This document shows positions 58,666-64,000 of a stretch of 64,000 nt of DNA, in pieces. Origin of the DNA: a virus. The DNA is taken from the IMG/VR virus record IMGVR_UViG_3300023110_000006; one strand, written 5' to 3'. The translations under genes and the position numbers were made by a program. Under the pieces are notes generated by a model, which saw nothing but the letters and a program-made list of their open reading frames with translations, searched no databases and was not told the origin of the DNA. Positions within the stretch are counted from its first letter, which is position 1, and every line of letters starts with the position of its first letter.

Positions 58666-60468
58666 ATGAGCAAACCAGTTTGGATAGCAGGCATAGCACG
58701 AGGTCATAACGCAGGTGTTTGTTTACTTAAAGACGGAGAAGTAGTTTTTTCAATTGAAGAGGAGAGACTAAGTAGACAGAAATACGACGGCGGTCCTTTT
58801 GCTTCAATGGTAAAAATTTTAGAATACACAGACAAACTAGATTATTTGGTTGTAGCTCACACACAACCATTAGCAGAAACTGCCGGAAGAGTTGATTATA
58901 GTGGAGATGATGTATATACAGGTTTAGCTCGTAAATTAGGATTAATTGATGCAAAAGCAAATGCATACACTATGGAGCATCCTCAAGTAATTGACTTAGC
59001 ATTCATGCATCACAAATTACACAGTGCTTGTGCGTTTTATCGTAGTGGATTTGATAGTGCAGTTAGTGTTATTGTAGATGGCGCAGGTACTTTTGTTCCT
59101 CTAGGTATTAACAATGAACAAATTATGAGTTGGGAAACAGAAAGTATTATTGACTGCGAATATCCGTCCAATTTTACAACCTTACATAAAGTTTATGGAG
59201 TTAGAGAACCTGTCCAAGGCGGCATTGTTGAAATGGACAGTAAACAGTTTGGAGAAAACGGAAAAACACATACAGCTATTGTAAGTGATAGAGCAGGTAT
59301 TGTAAAAGCATACGAAGCGGCTACAATGTACTGTGGTTGGTCAAGTATTGAAGCAGGTAAAACTATGGGGTTATTTCCTTATGGTAAATCAAACGATAAT
59401 TTTCCAAAATTATTTGAAGAAGATGTAGACTATCCGTTAACAAATAGGAATGTTGTTGTACCTAACTATCCTAACGGTGCATTCATAAATGCAGGGTTGT
59501 ATAAAGAATTAAATGAAGTTCCTAAACCTAATGAAGATGTAACACTATTACAAAGTAGAAGAGACATTGCGTATGCTGTACAAACAGAAACACAAGAAAA
59601 AGTTCTAGAATTAATTTTAAAAGCTGTTGAAATGACTGGCAAAAATAAAGTTGTACTTAGTGGTGGCTACGGATTAAATTGTGTAGCAAATTATTACTAC
59701 TTAGAAACTTTACGTGAAAAAGGTATAGAACTTTATGTAGAGCCTGTATCTAATGATGCTGGTACTGCAATGGGCGCGGCAATGATGTTCTGGTATGGCT
59801 TAGAAGATGAAATAGAAAAGCGTCAAACGCAAACTTTATATCTAGGACCAAGATATCTTTATACAGATCAACAGTTAAATGATCTAACAAATGAAGATGG
59901 CATTGAAATGAAAAATGCTACACTTGAAGATATTGTAGATTTATTAACAGAAAAAAACATTGTAACAATTTTCCAAGGACAAAGCGAAAACGGACCAAGA
60001 GCATTGGGTAATAGAAGTGTGCTATTTGATCCTAGTTTTGAAGATGGTAAGGATTATGTTAATCAAGTAAAACGTAGAGAATATTTTAGACCTTTTGCAG
60101 GATCTATTCTAGCAGAAGATGTACACGAATGGTTCGATCTACGAGGAATGAAAGATAGTCCGCATATGATGTATGCTGTGAATTGTAAAGATGGTATAGC
60201 AGAAAAAATTCCTAGTATTATTCATATTGATGGTACATGCCGTATTCAAACTGTTACTAGAGAACAGAATCCACATTATTATGATCTAATATCAAAATTT
60301 AAAGAAAAAACAGGATTACCTATTGTATTTAACACTAGCTTCAATCTAGGTGGTGAACCTTTAGTTGAAAAACTTGAAGATGCTATATGGACCTTAAAAA
60401 ATAGTGAAATAGAATATCTATACCTAGCAGAATATGGAAAATTAATTACAATTAAAAATCCATCTTAG
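58666..60468 (+). CDS. Carbamoyltransferase (NodU/CmcH/TobZ family)
   Basis: EEERLSRQK, HHKLH, AGKTMGL, SGGYGLNCVAN, GPRALGNRS, KRREYFRPFA and NTSFN motifs. Confidence 0.92.
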   Translation: MSKPVWIAGIARGHNAGVCLLKDGEVVFSIEEERLSRQKYDGGPFASMVKILEYTDKLDYLVVAHTQPLAETAGRVDYSGDDVYTGLARKLGLIDAKANAYTMEHPQVIDLAFMHHKLHSACAFYRSGFDSAVSVIVDGAGTFVPLGINNEQIMSWETESIIDCEYPSNFTTLHKVYGVREPVQGGIVEMDSKQFGENGKTHTAIVSDRAGIVKAYEAATMYCGWSSIEAGKTMGLFPYGKSNDNFPKLFEEDVDYPLTNRNVVVPNYPNGAFINAGLYKELNEVPKPNEDVTLLQSRRDIAYAVQTETQEKVLELILKAVEMTGKNKVVLSGGYGLNCVANYYYLETLREKGIELYVEPVSNDAGTAMGAAMMFWYGLEDEIEKRQTQTLYLGPRYLYTDQQLNDLTNEDGIEMKNATLEDIVDLLTEKNIVTIFQGQSENGPRALGNRSVLFDPSFEDGKDYVNQVKRREYFRPFAGSILAEDVHEWFDLRGMKDSPHMMYAVNCKDGIAEKIPSIIHIDGTCRIQTVTREQNPHYYDLISKFKEKTGLPIVFNTSFNLGGEPLVEKLEDAIWTLKNSEIEYLYLAEYGKLITIKNPS

Positions 60469-60510
60469 GCTTTGAGTAAACTCCGATAAATACTACAAAG
60501 CGAGTTTATT

Positions 60511-60903
60511 ATGATTGATTTAAACAAATATTTCAAAAAAGGTTTACGTAACACTGTATTATTAGCTAATAATGCACAACTTTCTTATGCAGGCCGATGG
60601 CAAGAGGTTTATAGTAATCTACCTATTGACAGATGGCATGTAGGTGATTTTTCTAGTGCAGAATATACACTCAATGTAGAATTAGGAAAAGACAGAAAAG
60701 AAATTATTAAATGTTTGGTCTCTGCAACACCTAATAAAGCAAGCATAGTTGTGTACGGACGCACTAGCACGAATGGTGATATTGTTGATGTAAGTGCTAC
60801 TGTTACAGATTCATATGTAGAACTTGTTCTAAATCCAAAAACAACTGCTGAACAAGGCGCAAAAGCATTCTTTGCGGCGCAATATTTTAGAAGTCATACA
60901 TAA
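60511..60903 (+). CDS. Hypothetical structural protein
   Basis: TAAATA at 60487-60492; SAEY motif; beta-rich. Confidence 0.6.
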   Translation: MIDLNKYFKKGLRNTVLLANNAQLSYAGRWQEVYSNLPIDRWHVGDFSSAEYTLNVELGKDRKEIIKCLVSATPNKASIVVYGRTSTNGDIVDVSATVTDSYVELVLNPKTTAEQGAKAFFAAQYFRSHT

Positions 60904-60942
60904 ACTGTATACGGATAAATATATTATATTGGAGAAGAATTA

Positions 60943-61866
60943 ATGGCAGTTGATAATCGTCAGTTTGAATCAGAGTTTGGATTTAAAAGTCCTGGATTTT
61001 CTGTTGATGCAAACGGAAACATAACTGCAACAAGTATTAATGCGGCAGGAGCCGGCGGCGGTGGCGGCGCTTCTGGTGATTATAGTGTAACTACAACGGG
61101 TGGAAATTTTAGATTTACAAGTAATGACTTTACTGTAGGTGCAGGAGATAATCCCGAAATTACACTTACAAGAGGAACAAGTTATTCGTTTACTTTATCT
61201 ATCACAACAGGTACTTGGAACATTTTAACAACAGGTAATGTTTTATATAGCACAGGAATTGAACATACTGCTGATGATGGATCTATAACGAATGGAGCAG
61301 ATGCTCAAGGTAAAACATCTGGTAAGTTTGTTTTCCAAGTTCCAGGTGATGCACCTGATACATTAAGATATGGTGATGCAGATGGTAATCCGTTTGGTGT
61401 TATAACTGTAACTGATCCTGCGGCACTAGATGCTACTTTTGCAAACCTAACTGCAACTGGTACAACTACTCTACAAAATTTAACAGCAAGTGAGCTTACA
61501 GTCTCAGGTAATGGTACTGTTTCTGGAGACTTTAAAGTTGAAGGTAAGTTAACCGGTGATAGTTTGATTATCGATGGTAGAGGTGTTGCAGAAATTAATT
61601 CACAAACAAATATTGTTTTAGATGCTGGCAATAAAATTGATATTATTGTCAACAACGGATTAATAGGTGTAGTAGAAGAAGATGGTACAACATTGCCTGT
61701 TAAAGATACATCTATAAACAACACCACTATAGGAGTTACAACGCCGAGCTCAGCAGTATTTACAACTGGTTCAGTAAACACACAACCTACTACTGCAAAT
61801 GGCATAAGTAATAAGATATATACAGATAACACAGCTACAGCATTAGCGATTGCACTTGGGGTATAA
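60943..61866 (+). CDS. Virion structural / short fibre protein
   Basis: FESEFGFKSPGF N-terminus; NPEITLTRG...VPGDAPDTLRY domain; C-terminal ALAIALG. Confidence 0.6.
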   Translation: MAVDNRQFESEFGFKSPGFSVDANGNITATSINAAGAGGGGGASGDYSVTTTGGNFRFTSNDFTVGAGDNPEITLTRGTSYSFTLSITTGTWNILTTGNVLYSTGIEHTADDGSITNGADAQGKTSGKFVFQVPGDAPDTLRYGDADGNPFGVITVTDPAALDATFANLTATGTTTLQNLTASELTVSGNGTVSGDFKVEGKLTGDSLIIDGRGVAEINSQTNIVLDAGNKIDIIVNNGLIGVVEEDGTTLPVKDTSINNTTIGVTTPSSAVFTTGSVNTQPTTANGISNKIYTDNTATALAIALGV

Positions 61867-61869
61867 TTA

Positions 61870-64000
61870 ATGGCGAAGAGAAAGATTAATAACTATAAAT
61901 TTAAACCTGGAATAGGGTACACAGAAAATTTATATCCTAATGGTTATGCTCTTTTAAACAACAACAAAAGTTTTTTAGTTGCAGAAACTTCAGCATTTAT
62001 TTTAAACAGAATTACAGATGCAGATACATATGCATTAGAACTTGTAGATATTATTAATGGTATCAAGTTTGACATGTTTTTTGGAAATGCCGCACAAAGA
62101 TTGTACGGGGAAGTTGAATCAAGAAAACCCGATACAACAAAATTACTTAGACAAAGAACTTTAGACAGAATTAAAACAAGTTTAAGTGCATTATCAAATG
62201 TGACTGGAACTTTTCAAACTAATATAGAAACTACAATTACAAACATAAATTCTATTTCAGATGGAGGCACGTCTCCAACACTTAATATTACAGATCCAGC
62301 AGGAATCACAGTAAATTTAGGATATGCAAAAACTAGAATTACAAATAACAGAGCATTCTTAATTGAAGAAGTAAAAGCATACATAGATACAGATACTCCG
62401 GGAAATGCAATTACTACAGATACAAATTTTTCTACAGATATTGGACTTTTAATTGATTGTGTACAATTTGATTTAGTACATCAATCTAATATTTTGTCAA
62501 ATGCAATCGCGACTTATATATTTGTTAATACGCCATCTGCAAACAGAACACTATTAGGCGAAGGACTTTCTAGACTAGGTGTAGTTATCAAACAGGTAAT
62601 AGAAGGTGATACTGTTACAGTATCTGAAGGTAACAGTCTTACACAAAATGGCACTGGAGTCAATGCAAGTACAGCTGAAGGTAACTATGCACAAGCAAGA
62701 GTTGATGATGTTCAGGTAGTAACTTCGAATGGTACTGTAGCATCTTTACCAGGTGATGTTGCTCCAGATATTACTGGAGAGTCTGCAGGTGGCCAAGCGG
62801 CCGCAACAGATATTGACAATAACTTAGCAACAATTATTGCTACAGATAATGCTTTCAAAGATTACACATATAACCAATCTAAGTGTGAACGAGATGTTAA
62901 CTTTATTTTGTCAGCTTATTTGTTTGACTTACGCTATGGCGGAAACAGTAAAACTTATGACTATGCAGGAAAATATTGGGAAGGTACAGTAGCACAGGTT
63001 GACGGCACACGTTATCCTGAACTAGATACACACGCTTGGATTAAATTTGTTATAAAAGAATACATATGGGACAAACAAGCATATCCAGCTGAACAAACAG
63101 GAACAGTTCAAACTGTTTCAGGAGACGATGCTGAAAGTGCATTAGATAATAGAATAGACACACTCAACAGTATTGTTTTAGATGTTATTGCCGGCGGACT
63201 TACTGCATTACCTACTTTTGAAGATACGGGTGCAGGTTATGTTAAGTTTATAGGCAACTACGACAGTAGTGATATTTTGCTTATAACTGACACTGTAGAA
63301 AACAAAGTAATCTATTCATTTAATGACGCTAATACAGGTGGCGTAACTGAACTTACAACATTTACATCTAGTAACGGAGTAGTTTACGAAACAGATCCAG
63401 ACTTTCCAGCTTTTTTAGATACAGCAGATGCAATTACAAAAGTATTTTTTAACACAAGTACCAGTACAAGTTTAAGTACAAATAAATTACAAATTTTTGT
63501 CGACAATGATGAGCTTGTAATTAGACCTTATGAGTTTGGTACTGATGCTATTGAAAGAAACAGAACAGCAGAACCGTTATCAATGCTTGATGCTGACTTC
63601 GAGTATGGTTTACAGCCAACTAAATGGAGTGCTATCGCAACTATGAGAGGCTATCCATCTGTGTACGAAGTTCCGGGAACAGAAACTGACGTTAGTCAAG
63701 TTATAACAGATGCAAGTTCAGGAACAAATGATGTAGGTTCTTCACTAATTACGGTTACTACACTTGGCGCTCACGGCTTAGTAGAAGGTGATGCTATAAC
63801 ATTAAAAGGATTAAATCCACAAACATTTGGATATAGTAGAGCTGAAGGTGCATTCATTATCACAACAGTGCCTAACTCAATTAGTTTTACTTTTTATGCA
63901 AAAGCAAAAGTTGGTACTACAGACGGTGATAGTTTACAATCTGAATCTACGCAGTTAAGAAAAGCAGGTTTTTATACAGGTGCAGATATTGGTGTACCTA
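61870..64000 (+). CDS. Large virion structural protein (partial; runs off the window)
   Basis: ATG at 61870 (MAKRKINNYKFKPG...); contains YNQSKCERD...DLRYGGNS and DADFEYGLQPTKW; absent from the ORF track, consistent with no stop before the window end. Confidence 0.75.
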   Translation, partial: MAKRKINNYKFKPGIGYTENLYPNGYALLNNNKSFLVAETSAFILNRITDADTYALELVDIINGIKFDMFFGNAAQRLYGEVESRKPDTTKLLRQRTLDRIKTSLSALSNVTGTFQTNIETTITNINSISDGGTSPTLNITDPAGITVNLGYAKTRITNNRAFLIEEVKAYIDTDTPGNAITTDTNFSTDIGLLIDCVQFDLVHQSNILSNAIATYIFVNTPSANRTLLGEGLSRLGVVIKQVIEGDTVTVSEGNSLTQNGTGVNASTAEGNYAQARVDDVQVVTSNGTVASLPGDVAPDITGESAGGQAAATDIDNNLATIIATDNAFKDYTYNQSKCERDVNFILSAYLFDLRYGGNSKTYDYAGKYWEGTVAQVDGTRYPELDTHAWIKFVIKEYIWDKQAYPAEQTGTVQTVSGDDAESALDNRIDTLNSIVLDVIAGGLTALPTFEDTGAGYVKFIGNYDSSDILLITDTVENKVIYSFNDANTGGVTELTTFTSSNGVVYETDPDFPAFLDTADAITKVFFNTSTSTSLSTNKLQIFVDNDELVIRPYEFGTDAIERNRTAEPLSMLDADFEYGLQPTKWSAIATMRGYPSVYEVPGTETDVSQVITDASSGTNDVGSSLITVTTLGAHGLVEGDAITLKGLNPQTFGYSRAEGAFIITTVPNSISFTFYAKAKVGTTDGDSLQSESTQLRKAGFYTGADIGVP

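Noticed and set aside
1-64000. tRNA genes and stop-codon recoding
   Set aside because: No cloverleaf or T-loop signature seen in intergenic gaps, and core genes are full length under the standard code.

Overview
This window is part of an AT-rich, T4-like (myovirus) large or jumbo phage genome, probably marine, covering most of a virion-morphogenesis region. Minus strand, 1-9142: baseplate and tail-hub genes (gp6 partial, gp25, PAAR, TIGR02594-type peptidase, gp5 with a GH19-like domain, hub, gp53, gp48/54-like). Plus strand: gp55-like late sigma factor, gp47/gp46 (Mre11/Rad50), a stand-alone GIY-YIG nuclease followed by a ~310-nt structured non-coding segment, and putative head-internal proteins. 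Next come a minus-strand gp26-like tail chaperone with a clear -1 frameshift signal, then tape measure, portal, scaffolds, prohead protease and major capsid. An accessory island (27.2-29.5 kb) carries a GH5 hydrolase, a SpeD homologue, a glutamine riboswitch in front of an unannotated 51-aa peptide, and a separately transcribed ~220-260-nt RNA with complementary UACC/GGUA loops. The last 34 kb hold paralogous fibre genes, three Cys-rich proteins of exactly 318 aa, and a glycosyltransferase/SGNH/carbamoyltransferase cluster. The best novelty candidates are the kissing-loop ncRNA, the GIY-YIG plus structured-RNA locus, the late-promoter-driven riboswitch-peptide unit, the frameshift, and TAAATA-N4-ATG leaderless late genes. 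All calls come from reading motifs and base-pairing by eye; no searches or folding programs were run.
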